Assembly (NCBI GenBank): GCA_963727445.1
Contig: CAVSGI010000010.1
Location: 224,001 to 288,000 of the forward strand
Source: an uncultured delta proteobacterium
Lineage (GTDB): Bacteria; Myxococcota_A; Polyangia; Polyangiales; B10-G4
DNA: 64,000 bases
Direction: 5' to 3'
Shown: one piece after another, positions 32,155-43,749 of the stretch
How positions within the stretch are numbered: position 1 is the stretch's first letter
How the letters are laid out: every line of letters begins with the position of its first letter
The notes under the pieces: model-generated
Told to the model about the DNA's origin: nothing
The model's input: only the letters and a program-made list of their open reading frames with translations
Database searches by the model: none
Translations under genes and position numbers: made by a program

Positions 32155-33908
32155 ATCTGCTCCACGACGCGGATACCCAGCAGCGACAAGCCGCGCTCGA
32201 GCTGGCGCGCGGTCAGCGCGCAGAGGGCGAGGCGCGAGTCACGCGTGGCCCCTTCGGACTTCAAGACCGGGCACTTGTCATAGAAGGAGCTGTAGGCGCG
32301 CGCGACCTCGTAGAGGTGCTCGCAGACGAGGTTCGGCAAGCACTTCTCGGCGGCGTCCTCGACGATCTGGCCGAAGCGCAGGAGCAGGCGTCCGAGGGCG
32401 AGCTCGGCCGGCTCTTCGAGGTGAATCGGGCCCTTTGCGCTCTCGAGCGGCACGCCCGCGTTGGCGAAGATGCTCCGCACCCGCGCATACGCGTAGTTGA
32501 TGTAGGGGCCGCTGTGGCCCGACAGGGAGATCATCTTCTCCCAGTCGAACTGGTAATCCGTGTTCCGGTTCTGGTGCAGGTCGGCGTACTTGATGGCGCC
32601 GATGCCCAGCACCTCCGCGACCTGGTCGATGTCCGACGGGTCGATGCGCAGCTTCTCCTGGTTTTCCAGGATCAGCGCCTTGGCGCGCTCGACGCCCTCG
32701 TCCAGGAGCGACTCCAGCGTGATCGCCTTTCCGTCGCGCGTCTTGATCGGCTTGCCGCGCTCGTCGAGCACCATCCCGAAGCCCACGTGCTCGAGGCGCA
32801 TCTCCACGCCCATGAGCTTCACCGTGGTGAAGAGCTCCTCGAAGTGCTTGCCCTGGCGCTTGTCCACCACGTAGATGGCGCGGTCGGCGTGAAAGTGGTC
32901 CCGCCGGTACAGCACCGTCGCGACGTCGGTGGTCGAGTAGAGATAGGCCCCGTCCTTCTTCCGGATGATGAAGGGCGTGGGCTCGCCGTCGGCGTTGCGC
33001 TGCTCGCGGAGCTTCTTGGGCACGACGTCCGCGTCCTTGTCGTGCCAGAAGACGCAGATCGCTCCGTCGTCCCCGCGCGCGATGCCCTCGTCCAGGAGCA
33101 GGTCGACCACGCCTGGCAGCGCGTCGTGGTACGCGCTCTCGCCGAGCCACTCGTCGAAGCTGACCCCGAGCTTGTCGTAGACGCGGTCGAGGGCGACACG
33201 CGTCGCCGAGACGAACCTCTTCCAGAGGGCGAGGTTGTCGGCGTCCCCCGCCTGGAGCTTCGCCAGCTCCGCCCGCGCCGACGCGGCGAAGGCCTCGTCG
33301 CTCTTCGCCTTGTCGCTCGCCAGCCGATAGACGCGCTCGAGCTCGACGATGGCGTCCTTCTCGAGCGCCGCTTCGTCGCCCCACTCGCGCATCCCCACGA
33401 TGAGCAGCCCGAACTGCGTGCCCCAATCGCCGAGGTGGTTGTCGCCGATGACCTCGTGGCCGATGGCGCGGAGCAGATGACAGATGGCGTCGCCGATGAT
33501 CGTCGAGCGCAGGTGCCCCACGTGCATCTGCTTGGCGATGTTCGGGCTCGAGAAGTCGACGACGATCTTCTCGGGCGCCTCCGCCTTCTCGATCCCCAGC
33601 CGTTCGTCCGCCAGGTCCTCGCTCAGGCGCGCGGCGATCCAAGCCGGATCGAGGTGCAGGTTCACGAAGCCGGGCCCCGCGACCTCGGCCGAGAGGATCG
33701 CCTCTTCCTCGGCGAGCGCCTCGGCGAGTGGCGCTGCGATCTCTCGCGGCGCCTTCTTCAGCTTCTTCGCGAGCGGCATCGCCGCGTTGATCTGATAGTC
33801 GCCGTGCTTTTCGTCCTTGGCCGCGCGCAGGAGCGCGGGCGCCTTCTCGCCGGTGGTCTCTTCGATGACCCGGGAGGCGAGCGCATCCAGATGCCGTTCG
33901 ATCCGCAT
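32151..33908 (-). CDS. argS: Arginine--tRNA ligase
   Basis: SSPNIAKQMHVGHLRS, NHLGDWGTQFG, KYADL, DALR-type C-terminus. Confidence 0.97.
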   Translation of the reverse strand: MRIERHLDALASRVIEETTGEKAPALLRAAKDEKHGDYQINAAMPLAKKLKKAPREIAAPLAEALAEEEAILSAEVAGPGFVNLHLDPAWIAARLSEDLADERLGIEKAEAPEKIVVDFSSPNIAKQMHVGHLRSTIIGDAICHLLRAIGHEVIGDNHLGDWGTQFGLLIVGMREWGDEAALEKDAIVELERVYRLASDKAKSDEAFAASARAELAKLQAGDADNLALWKRFVSATRVALDRVYDKLGVSFDEWLGESAYHDALPGVVDLLLDEGIARGDDGAICVFWHDKDADVVPKKLREQRNADGEPTPFIIRKKDGAYLYSTTDVATVLYRRDHFHADRAIYVVDKRQGKHFEELFTTVKLMGVEMRLEHVGFGMVLDERGKPIKTRDGKAITLESLLDEGVERAKALILENQEKLRIDPSDIDQVAEVLGIGAIKYADLHQNRNTDYQFDWEKMISLSGHSGPYINYAYARVRSIFANAGVPLESAKGPIHLEEPAELALGRLLLRFGQIVEDAAEKCLPNLVCEHLYEVARAYSSFYDKCPVLKSEGATRDSRLALCALTARQLERGLSLLGIRVVEQM

Positions 33909-33920
33909 GCGCGCTCTGTA

Positions 33921-35363
33921 TCAGGGGTGGATGTAGCGCACCAGCAGGCCGTCGGTGAGGTCGGGCATGTCGCAGCTGAAATCGTTGTAGTCGGTGGCCG
34001 AGCCCTGGATTCCGGCGGCCGCGCTGGCGCCTGCGTCGTAGGTGGCGTCCCCGACGTTGGTGTCGACGTAGCAGACCTGGATGTCGTTCGACCCCTCGGT
34101 GAGGACCACGGTGAAGACGAGGTTGGTGGTGCCGCCGAAGAAGCGCGCCGTGTCCCACTGGACGATGAGCTCGTGGCTGCCGGCGCCTCCACGGGTCTCG
34201 TACCAGACATTGCTTCCCGACGTGGTGGGGTCGAGGTCGTCCCAGAACGCCGCGATGAAGGTCTCGGGCGAGAAGGTGCTGGTGGACGGCCAGGGGCAGG
34301 ACAGGCCGGTGCTGAGGTCGCCGGTGCCGAAGCTGAGCCCGCCGTTCGACTCGATGTTCACCATCGAATACGAGGTCCCGTAGAAGTCGAAGTCGAAGCC
34401 GATGGGCACGGCCGTGTAATCGTCGTCGCCGAGGCTGGTCGCCGTGCCCGTGCTGCTGATGTCGGGGCAGGGCAGGGTGGGCGGCGTGTAGGAGCAGCCG
34501 GTGTAGCCGAAGGTGTCGCTCCCGAAGGGGACGCAGGGGTTGCTGCCGCAGTAACCCATGGTGCAGGTGCTGGCCATGCAATCCCGCGCGCGGCTGCACA
34601 TGCGGAAGTCTGCGCAGCGCGGGCACCCGGCGCTCAGGGGGCCTCCGCAGTCGATGTCCGTCTCCGAGCCGTTCATCACCCCGTCGACGCAGGACGGCAT
34701 CTGGCACTCACCACCCATGCAACTACCGGTCTCGCAGTCGCTGCCCACCGAGCACATGTCGCCCACCGGGCACCGGTCGCTGCACATGGAGCCGCCACAG
34801 TCGATGTCCGTCTCGTCCCGGTTCAGGACGCCGTCGGTGCACGAGGGGACGTGGCAGGTGTTGTCCGGGTCGCAGATCATGCTCGAGCAGTCGGAATCCA
34901 TCATGCACATGTCGCCGGGCGGGCAGCCCATGCAGGAGCCGCCGCAGTCGAGGTCGGTCTCGGTGCCGTCCTGAATGCCGTTGGTGCAGGAGGGGGGCTG
35001 GCAGCGACCGATGATGCAGATGCCCGAGGCGCACTCGGAGCTGGCAGTGCACGCCGCGCCGACTGGAAGACCGCCATCGCTGAGCGCATCGGCGGTGGCG
35101 TCCATCGAGGCGTCCATGGTGGCGTCGCCGGTCATGCCGGAGTCGGCCGTCCCGGTGTCCATGGTGCTGGAGTCCGTGGTGCCCGTGTCGAGGGTGCCGG
35201 TGTCGGCGCCGGTCCCAGTGTCCACGATGCTGGTGTCCGCGGTGCTGGTGTCGCCAACGCCCGAGTCGAGGCTGGCGTCTCGGCCGGTCCCTCCGGTGGT
35301 ACAGCCGACCGCGCCGAACGCCGCGCCGAACAGCACGACGAGAAGAATCCGATTAAGAGTCAT
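33921..35363 (-). CDS. Cys-rich (ETDxDCGG repeat) lipoprotein with NIDO-like domain; paralog of 14698-16358
   Basis: AVGC lipobox, DT/DS linker, three ETDxDCGG repeats, PIGFDFDFYG...FIAAFWDDL...YIHP. Confidence 0.8.
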   Translation of the reverse strand: MTLNRILLVVLFGAAFGAVGCTTGGTGRDASLDSGVGDTSTADTSIVDTGTGADTGTLDTGTTDSSTMDTGTADSGMTGDATMDASMDATADALSDGGLPVGAACTASSECASGICIIGRCQPPSCTNGIQDGTETDLDCGGSCMGCPPGDMCMMDSDCSSMICDPDNTCHVPSCTDGVLNRDETDIDCGGSMCSDRCPVGDMCSVGSDCETGSCMGGECQMPSCVDGVMNGSETDIDCGGPLSAGCPRCADFRMCSRARDCMASTCTMGYCGSNPCVPFGSDTFGYTGCSYTPPTLPCPDISSTGTATSLGDDDYTAVPIGFDFDFYGTSYSMVNIESNGGLSFGTGDLSTGLSCPWPSTSTFSPETFIAAFWDDLDPTTSGSNVWYETRGGAGSHELIVQWDTARFFGGTTNLVFTVVLTEGSNDIQVCYVDTNVGDATYDAGASAAAGIQGSATDYNDFSCDMPDLTDGLLVRYIHP

Positions 35364-35479
35364 CGAAGCGCTCCAAAGCATCTCGCCGAGGCGAGGAGGG
35401 GCGGGATAGCACGATTGCTCCGGGATGCATTCCGACGCGCTTCCGCTATAGTGCCGCGCCCTCTTGGAGAGACTTAACG

Positions 35480-37177
35480 ATGGCCGCAACTCTTGATCCT
35501 CGGCGACTCGCCCTCGCGCTGGCACTCACCTGCTTCGTCCTGCTCCTCTCGCTGTCCGCGAGCGCACAGGCCCCGCTCCTCACCGGCCTCGGTGGCGCGC
35601 GCGATTTCGGCACCGAGTGCCTGTCGCCAAACGACGACAGCTCGTCGTCGATCATCGACCTCACGCCCGCCTTCCCCTCCGGGCTCGACTTCTACGGTCG
35701 GCGCCACACGTCTGCGTACGTCAACACCAACGGCAACATCTCCTTCACCGAGTCGCTCTTCGAGTACACCCCCGATCCCTTCCCGATCGCCGACCAGCCG
35801 ATGATCGCGCCCTACTGGGCCGACGTGGACATCCGCGGTGCAGCCTGCTCCGGCTTCGACGGCTCCCTCGGTTGCTCCGATCCGATGGACAACGGCGTGT
35901 GGTGGCACCTCGAGGACGGCCTGATGGTCGTGACCTGGAACGACGTCGGTTACTTCGCCTGTCACGACGACAAGAAGATGAACTTCCAGCTCATCCTCAG
36001 CGCCGCCACCGACGGCTGCGGCGCCGGGGGCGACTTCGACGTGGAGTTCCGTTTCAACCGCTGCGAGTGGCACACCGGCGACGCCAGCGGCGGCGCCGAC
36101 GGCTTCTGCGATCCGATGCCGGGCTTCGACACCTGCGTCCCGGCTCAGTCCGGCTTCGACGCCGGCAACCTGACGGACTTCGTCGAGATCATGGGCTCGC
36201 GCACCGAGATGATCCACACCATCCTCTGCACCGAGTCGAACGTGGACGAGCCGGGCGTGTGGCGTTTCCAGATCCGCTCCGGATCCGTCATCTGCCCGGA
36301 GGCCGGCGACACCTGTGACACCGGCATGACCGGCGTCTGCGGCGACGGGCTCACGCAGTGCGTCGGCTCCGGCATCTCCTGCCTGCCCATCATCGGGGCC
36401 TCCGACGAGGTCTGCGACTCTCTCGACAACGACTGCGACGGGATGACCGACGAGGGCGACGGAATCTGCGGCGAGCTCTCGGTCTGCGAGCGCGGCGTCT
36501 GCACGCCCCTGTGCTTCGAGGGCGGCTGCCCCGATGGGCAGATCTGCAACAGCGCCGGCCGCTGTCTGGACGAGGGCTGCGACGGGGTGGAGTGCGACGA
36601 GGGCCAGCGCTGCATGGCGGGCAGCTGCGTCGATGCCTGTGAAGGCGTCGTCTGTCCCGAGCCCCTCTCCTGCCGCTCGGGTCAGTGCCTCGACATCTGC
36701 GCGACCCTGACCTGCGACGACTGCACCGTCTGCGACGACGGCGCCTGCGTGCCCCGCTGCCCCGACACGCCCTGCGAATCGGGGATGGAGTGCAACGCCG
36801 AGGGCCGCTGCGTGCCCTCCGGCTGCTCCACCGTCACCTGCCCGGCCGGCCAGGCGTGCGCGGGCGGCACCTGTCAGGACGCCTGCATCGGCGCGGTCTG
36901 CCCGCCCGGTCAGGAATGCGCCATGGGCGCCTGCGCCCCGATCAATCGCCCGATGCCCGACGCCGGGATGGGGGGCGACGCTGGCACCATCGACGCCGGG
37001 CCGGACGCCACCCTCTGCCCCATCGGCTTCGACTGCAGCGATGGCGGAATGGAAATGCGCGCCCGCGACAGCGGCTGCGGCTGCGCCACGCCCGGCCTGT
37101 CCCCGACCGGCAACCCGCCCTTGTGGGCGCTGGCCCTCTTCCTGGCCTTCGCCGCCCTGCGCTTCCGCCGCCCCTGA
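35480..37177 (+). CDS. NIDO-domain, Cys-rich, MYXO-CTERM-anchored surface protein
   Basis: YVNTNGNISF, IAPYWADVD, VTWNDVGYF, MNFQLIL, SNVDEPGVWRF; Cys repeats; GCGC...hydrophobic...RFRRP tail. Confidence 0.85.
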   Translation: MAATLDPRRLALALALTCFVLLLSLSASAQAPLLTGLGGARDFGTECLSPNDDSSSSIIDLTPAFPSGLDFYGRRHTSAYVNTNGNISFTESLFEYTPDPFPIADQPMIAPYWADVDIRGAACSGFDGSLGCSDPMDNGVWWHLEDGLMVVTWNDVGYFACHDDKKMNFQLILSAATDGCGAGGDFDVEFRFNRCEWHTGDASGGADGFCDPMPGFDTCVPAQSGFDAGNLTDFVEIMGSRTEMIHTILCTESNVDEPGVWRFQIRSGSVICPEAGDTCDTGMTGVCGDGLTQCVGSGISCLPIIGASDEVCDSLDNDCDGMTDEGDGICGELSVCERGVCTPLCFEGGCPDGQICNSAGRCLDEGCDGVECDEGQRCMAGSCVDACEGVVCPEPLSCRSGQCLDICATLTCDDCTVCDDGACVPRCPDTPCESGMECNAEGRCVPSGCSTVTCPAGQACAGGTCQDACIGAVCPPGQECAMGACAPINRPMPDAGMGGDAGTIDAGPDATLCPIGFDCSDGGMEMRARDSGCGCATPGLSPTGNPPLWALALFLAFAALRFRRP

Positions 37178-37275
37178 GGTGAAAAGGGCCTATTGACGCG
37201 GCGCAGCACTGGGACTACTTCTCTGAATGGCGATTCACTCGGTGGCTCGCCGGTCCCCATTCGGAGGTCTCCCCC

Positions 37276-39116
<1,841 letters not shown>

Positions 39117-39117
<1 letters not shown>

Positions 39118-39734
39118 TGAGCGGATCGCCCCGCGCCTCGTCCAAGAGCGTCGAGATCTACTACGACGTCGTGTGCCCCTACGCGTATCTGGGCTCGACC
39201 CAGATCGCGTCGGTGGCGGCGCGCGCGGGGGCGGAGGTCGTGTGGAAGCCGTTCCTCCTGGGCGGCGTCCTCAAGGCGCTCGGCAACCTCGACCCGAACG
39301 AAGCCATGAGCGAGGCCAAGAAGCGTCACAACTTCCTCGACATGCGCCGCTGGGCGGCGTTCTTCGAGGTGCCGCTCTCGATCCCCGAGGCGCATCCGCG
39401 GCGCACGGTCCTCGCCATGCGCGCGCTCCTCGCCGCAGGTGTCGAGGCGCGCGTGCCGGCGACGCGCGCGCTCTTCGAGAGCTACTGGGTGCGGGGCGAG
39501 GACGTGACCGACCCATCCGTCGTCGCCGAGGCGCTCGGCCGTGCGGGCGTCGACGGCGACGCGTGCGTGGCGCGCGCGAGCGACGACGCCATCAAGATGG
39601 AGCTACGGACCCGCACCGACGAGGCGCTCGCACGCGGCGTCTTCGGCGCACCGACTTTCTTCGTAGGTGACGAGATGTTCTGGGGACAGGATCGCCTCGG
39701 ATTCGTCGAGCGCGCGCTTCGCCGCGAGGGGTAG
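39117..39734 (+). CDS. 2-hydroxychromene-2-carboxylate isomerase / DsbA family protein
   Basis: YYDVVCPYAY, GVFGAPTF, FWGQDRL; TGATG overlap with upstream gene. Confidence 0.85.
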
Positions 39735-39770
39735 TCACCCGATCGTTTTCCGGTACCATCCGCCGCTTCG

Positions 39771-40733
39771 ATGCTGGTACCCGAGAAACACACCTGGCTC
39801 CGCATCATCCTCTACACGCGCGGAACGCCCATCCGCGACATGTGGCGGCGCTGGCTGACGGTGACGCTCACCGCGTTCGTGATCACCTACATGGAGGTGA
39901 AGCTCGACTTCTTCAATCTCGAGCTCACCATCGTTCCCTTCTCTCTCGTCGGCCTCGCGCTCTCGATCTTCCTCGGGTTCCGCAACAACGCCAGCTACGA
40001 CCGCTTCTGGGAGGGCCGCAAGCTCTGGGGGAAGCTGGTCAACAACGCCCGCACCATGGCGCGCGAGCACCAGATGCTCATCGGGCCCGTGCCGGAGCGT
40101 GACGGTGGCGAGGCGAACGTCGCGTCGGCCGAGGAGATCCGCGAGATCCACCGCGGCCTCACCTACGCGATGATGGGCTACGTGCACGCCCTGAGGCTGC
40201 ACCTGCGCGGACAGAAGCACCTCGACGAGCTCGCGCCTTTCCTCGCTCCCGAGCTGATGACGCAGCTCGAGGACAGCCACAACCGCCCGATCACCATCCT
40301 CGAGCACATCGGCGCGAGGTATCGCGAGCTCTGGCAGCGCGGCCTCGTCCACGTGATGCACCTGCCGCGACTCGAGGCCTGCCTCGAGATCAACGCCGAC
40401 GTCCAGGGCGGCTGCGAGCGCATCCTCAAGACGCCCGTGCCCTACGCCTACACGGTGCTCCTCCACCGCATCGTCGCGGTCTACTGCTTCATGCTCCCCT
40501 TCGGGCTCGTCCAGAGCCTCGGCATGGTCACGCCGGCGGTCGTCGCCTTCGTCGCCTATGCCTTCCTCGGCCTCGACGCGCTCGGTGACTCCCTCGAAGA
40601 GCCCTTCGGCTTCGACGATGGCGACCTGCCGCTGACGCAGCTCAGCCGGATGATCGAGATCAACCTCCGGCAGGCCCTCGGCGAGACCGACCTGCCACCC
40701 GCGATCGAGCCGCTGAACGACGTCCTGCCGTAG
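39771..40733 (+). CDS. Bestrophin family anion channel
   Basis: FRNNASYDRFWEGRKLWG, CERILKTPVP, LEEPFG. Confidence 0.92.
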   Translation: MLVPEKHTWLRIILYTRGTPIRDMWRRWLTVTLTAFVITYMEVKLDFFNLELTIVPFSLVGLALSIFLGFRNNASYDRFWEGRKLWGKLVNNARTMAREHQMLIGPVPERDGGEANVASAEEIREIHRGLTYAMMGYVHALRLHLRGQKHLDELAPFLAPELMTQLEDSHNRPITILEHIGARYRELWQRGLVHVMHLPRLEACLEINADVQGGCERILKTPVPYAYTVLLHRIVAVYCFMLPFGLVQSLGMVTPAVVAFVAYAFLGLDALGDSLEEPFGFDDGDLPLTQLSRMIEINLRQALGETDLPPAIEPLNDVLP

Positions 40734-40797
40734 CACGGTGATGACAAAGCCCTCGGGCTCCTGCCCGTGCCCGTGCCCGTGCCCGACGCCTGCCGCA

Positions 40798-41514
40798 TCA
40801 GGCGGCGGCTGCGATGTCGGCGACGTAATAGGCTGCGTACGCCGGGACCGGCTCGACGTTCAGCTCGTTGCGGACCTCGTCGAGCGGCCGCGACAGGAGC
40901 GATTCCCAGTGCACGACCGGGAAGAAGGCCGCGTTTCTGGCGCGCAGGAACGCGGCCTTGACCAGCCGGCGTCCTTCGCCGCCGAGCTCCTTCGGGAGCG
41001 TGAAGGAGCGGGCATAGCCCGCGAGGGTGAGCACCGCGACGCCGACGCTCTCGGTCTGGGCGGTGGTGAAGGCGAGGATGGCGAGCTCGCCCGCGAGATC
41101 GGTGCGGCAGCCGACCACGACGTGCCAGAGATCGTGCGCGTCGCGCATGCGGTCCGCGACGTAGCGCACCTCGGGATCGATCCCGGGGTCCACGTCGTCG
41201 AAGTGACTCGCGTCCACGAGGCCGCCGGGAGTGATCCCCTCCGCGTCGCAGAACGCGAGATAGGCGCGCCCGAGGCTGCCCTCGGGCATCGCCGCGAGCG
41301 CCTCCCGGTCCTCGAGCTTGGACAGCAGGGAAGGGCGCTCGCTCAGCAGCAGCCGTCCCTTCGGCGACTGGCGGAAACGGGCGTGAAGCCGGTCGAGCCC
41401 CCCCGCGTCGACGGCGCGGATGATCCGGAACGCCTCCTCGGTTCGGGTCGGATCGGTGAGGATGCCTCGGACCCCCCGAAGCGCTTCCAACGGACGAAAA
41501 TTCTCGTTTTCCAT
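40798..41514 (-). CDS. Coq4-family protein
   Basis: PEGSLGRAY and HDLWHVVVGCRTDLAGE (HDxxH...E motif). Confidence 0.8.
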   Translation of the reverse strand: MENENFRPLEALRGVRGILTDPTRTEEAFRIIRAVDAGGLDRLHARFRQSPKGRLLLSERPSLLSKLEDREALAAMPEGSLGRAYLAFCDAEGITPGGLVDASHFDDVDPGIDPEVRYVADRMRDAHDLWHVVVGCRTDLAGELAILAFTTAQTESVGVAVLTLAGYARSFTLPKELGGEGRRLVKAAFLRARNAAFFPVVHWESLLSRPLDEVRNELNVEPVPAYAAYYVADIAAAA

Positions 41515-41536
41515 GGTCTTTTTCCCCTGGTCAGGC

Positions 41537-41575
41537 GACTTACGAGAGTGTAAGTTACAGCTCTGTAGGTAAGTC
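41537..41575. promoter_or_regulatory. Probable TetR operator in divergent intergenic region
   Basis: GACTTAC-N25-GTAAGTC with nested ACTTAC-N6-GTAAGT and TACAG-CT-CTGTA palindromes; AT-rich. Confidence 0.55.
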
Positions 41576-41600
41576 ATCCGCTACAGGGGTCAAGGGCCAC

Positions 41601-42230
41601 ATGGCGAAAAAGCGAAAACGGCTCAGTGGGGAGGAGGCGCGGCAGCGGATCCTCGACGCCGCCGACGAGGAGCTGCGGAGGTCGGGGCCCGATGCCCTCA
41701 AGCTCACCACCCTCGCCAAGGAGCTCGGCGTGTCGCATCAGGCGATCCTCCATCACTTCGGCAGCCGCGATGGGTTGGTCGCGGCGGTGGTGCGGCGCGC
41801 CCTCGAGAGCCTCTGGGCGGAGCTCGCAGGTGGGCTCCGCGTTCTGGAGGATCACGAGCGCGGCACCGGCGTGCTCCTCGACCGCGCCTTCGAGGTGATG
41901 GTCGATGAGGGTCATGGGCGCCTCCTCACCTGGCTCGCCCTCGCCGACCCCGAGGGCGAGATGCAGAAGGAGGAGCCGCTCGCTTATCTCGCGCAGATGG
42001 CACACGCGATCCGCGAGCGCGACCACGGCGCCTCCGACCTGCGCGATACCACCTTCATGCTCATCATGCTCAGCCACGTGGTGCTGGGCATGAGCGTCTT
42101 CGAAAAGGGTGCCTTCGTGGCCGCCGGCCTGGCGGACGATCCCGATGCCACGGAGGCCTACCGCACCTGGGTTCGCGACCTGGTGGTGCGGCACTTCGAC
42201 GAGAAGCGAGGGCGCGATCCGAGCGCGTGA
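41601..42230 (+). CDS. TetR family transcriptional regulator
   Basis: RILDAA...LAKELGVSHQAILHHFGSRDGL HTH. Confidence 0.9.
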   Translation: MAKKRKRLSGEEARQRILDAADEELRRSGPDALKLTTLAKELGVSHQAILHHFGSRDGLVAAVVRRALESLWAELAGGLRVLEDHERGTGVLLDRAFEVMVDEGHGRLLTWLALADPEGEMQKEEPLAYLAQMAHAIRERDHGASDLRDTTFMLIMLSHVVLGMSVFEKGAFVAAGLADDPDATEAYRTWVRDLVVRHFDEKRGRDPSA

Positions 42231-42233
42231 CGT

Positions 42234-43505
42234 TCACCCGGACGCGGCGCGCACGCGCGGGCACTCCGGATCGGGCGTGAAGGGGCTCGCCGCGCGCCCG
42301 GCGACCACGCGGCATCCGCCGCGGCAGCTCTGGACGAAGTCGCAGCTCGCGCAGGGCTCGGGCATCCGGGCGACGTAATCGCGAAAGCGCTCGAGGGTCT
42401 CCGAATCGCGCCACGCCTCGGCTGGCGGTCGCGGGTCCGCGTCGGTTTCCCAGAAGCTACAGGGCTTCACTGCGCCGCGGGCGTCCAGGGTCATCAGCGA
42501 GCGCCCCGGCTCGCAGCCCGAGACGGCGAAGCGCTCGAGATCCTCCGGGCGCACCTCGTGGCTCGCGGCGAGGAAGGGAACGAGGGCGCAGTCGATGCGG
42601 AGCGCGGGTGCGACGGCCTGAGCGAGCGCACGGAGCGTGGCGCCGAAGGCGTCCACCTGCCGTGGGGTGAGGCGCGAAGCGAGGTAGTCGAGGCGGCCGC
42701 GCCCGGAGGGCTTGAAGCGCAGGAGCTGGAGCTCGACGGCGCCGAGGGCTTCGGCGCCGCGGGCGATCTCCGCGAGGTGCGGATAGTTGTGGCGGGTGAG
42801 CACGGTGTTGACGCCGACCAGGATGCCGGCGGCGCTCAGATGCGCGATGGCGCGCTCGGCCACGGGCGCGCCGTCCCATCCACGCACGCCCTGGTAGAGC
42901 GCGGCAGGTCCGTCCCAGCTGACGTTGATCTGGGCGAAGGCCGTCAGGTCGCGGGCGCGCGCCTCGGTGATGCCGAGGCCGCTGGTGGTCATGGTGGGGG
43001 TGAGGCCGACCGCGCGCGCGTGGCGGGCGAGGGCACCGATGTCGCTGCGGAGCGCGGCTTCGCCGCCGCCGAAGGCGACGGAGAAGACGCGCATGGCGGC
43101 GAGGGCGTCGAGGCGCGCACAGAGCGCCTCGAAAGACGGCTCGTGACCCTCGGGCTTGGCGTCGGCGTAGCAGCCGGCACACCCTGCAGGACAGCGCTCG
43201 GTCGCGGCCACGTGCACCTCGGTGGGCGCGGTGAGCGCGCGCACCGCGAGCCCTGGATCCGCCTCGTCCCAGAGCGCGCCGGGATCGACGCCGATCTTCG
43301 CGGCGAGGACGCGGTCGACGGCGACCAGCGCCGGCGGGTGCGCGAGGGGAACGAGCGCGCCGAATTTCTCGGGCCGCGGCCTCCCGCTCGCGCTCCCGCT
43401 CCCGCTCCCGTTCCCGCTCCCGTTCCCGCTCCCGTTCCCGTTCCCGTTCCCGCTCCCGTTCCCGTTCCCACTCCCGTTCCCGTTCCCGTTCCCGTTCCCG
43501 TTCAC
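42234..43505 (-). CDS. Radical SAM/SPASM domain protein with N-terminal (NG/SG)n tract
   Basis: CPAGCAGC (CxxxCxxC), FGGGEA, C...VKPC, CASC...CRGGC...DPEC. Confidence 0.9.
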   Translation of the reverse strand: MNGNGNGNGNGSGNGNGSGNGNGNGSGNGSGNGSGSGSASGRPRPEKFGALVPLAHPPALVAVDRVLAAKIGVDPGALWDEADPGLAVRALTAPTEVHVAATERCPAGCAGCYADAKPEGHEPSFEALCARLDALAAMRVFSVAFGGGEAALRSDIGALARHARAVGLTPTMTTSGLGITEARARDLTAFAQINVSWDGPAALYQGVRGWDGAPVAERAIAHLSAAGILVGVNTVLTRHNYPHLAEIARGAEALGAVELQLLRFKPSGRGRLDYLASRLTPRQVDAFGATLRALAQAVAPALRIDCALVPFLAASHEVRPEDLERFAVSGCEPGRSLMTLDARGAVKPCSFWETDADPRPPAEAWRDSETLERFRDYVARMPEPCASCDFVQSCRGGCRVVAGRAASPFTPDPECPRVRAASG

Positions 43506-43572
43506 GAGTCCGTCTCCGCGTCCGAGTCCGTCTCCGCGTCCGCGTCCGCGTTTGTGTCCGTCTCCGTCTCCG
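43381..43572 (+). repeat. ~20 x (CCCGTT/CCCGCT) followed by (TCCGYN)n hexamer tract
   Basis: Read directly; spans the junction of the small ORF and the rSAM gene. Confidence 0.85.
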
Positions 43573-43702
43573 CCTGATTCCCCAGATACACCGCCAGCGC
43601 GCCCAGAATCGCCGTGCCGGCGACGCTGCTCAGGAAGAGCACGTCGACGACGCTGCCGACGGAGCTGCAGTTGGCGCTGCGACCGAAGTGCACAGAGAGC
43701 AC
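43502..43702 (-). CDS. Small 66-aa peptide, candidate rSAM substrate or partner
   Basis: (M)LSVHFGRSANCSSVGSVVDVLFLSSVAGTAILGALAVYLG + acidic tail; GAGG upstream of GTG; stop overlaps rSAM start (GTGA). Confidence 0.55.
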   Translation of the reverse strand: MLSVHFGRSANCSSVGSVVDVLFLSSVAGTAILGALAVYLGNQAETETDTNADADAETDSDAETDS

Positions 43703-43749
43703 CCGGCCTCGGTCGCGGCCGGTGGCCGCTCCAGCTTCGCCCGACGAAG

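Noticed and set aside
32316..35477. Very long antisense ORFs (1053 aa here; also 7324-9822, 17238-19502, 9942-12020)
   Set aside because: Shadow frames opposite well-supported genes, expected at high GC with GC3 bias
35480..37177. Calling this traA
   Set aside because: The distal domain is NIDO-like rather than PA14-like, and no traB (OmpA-domain) gene follows
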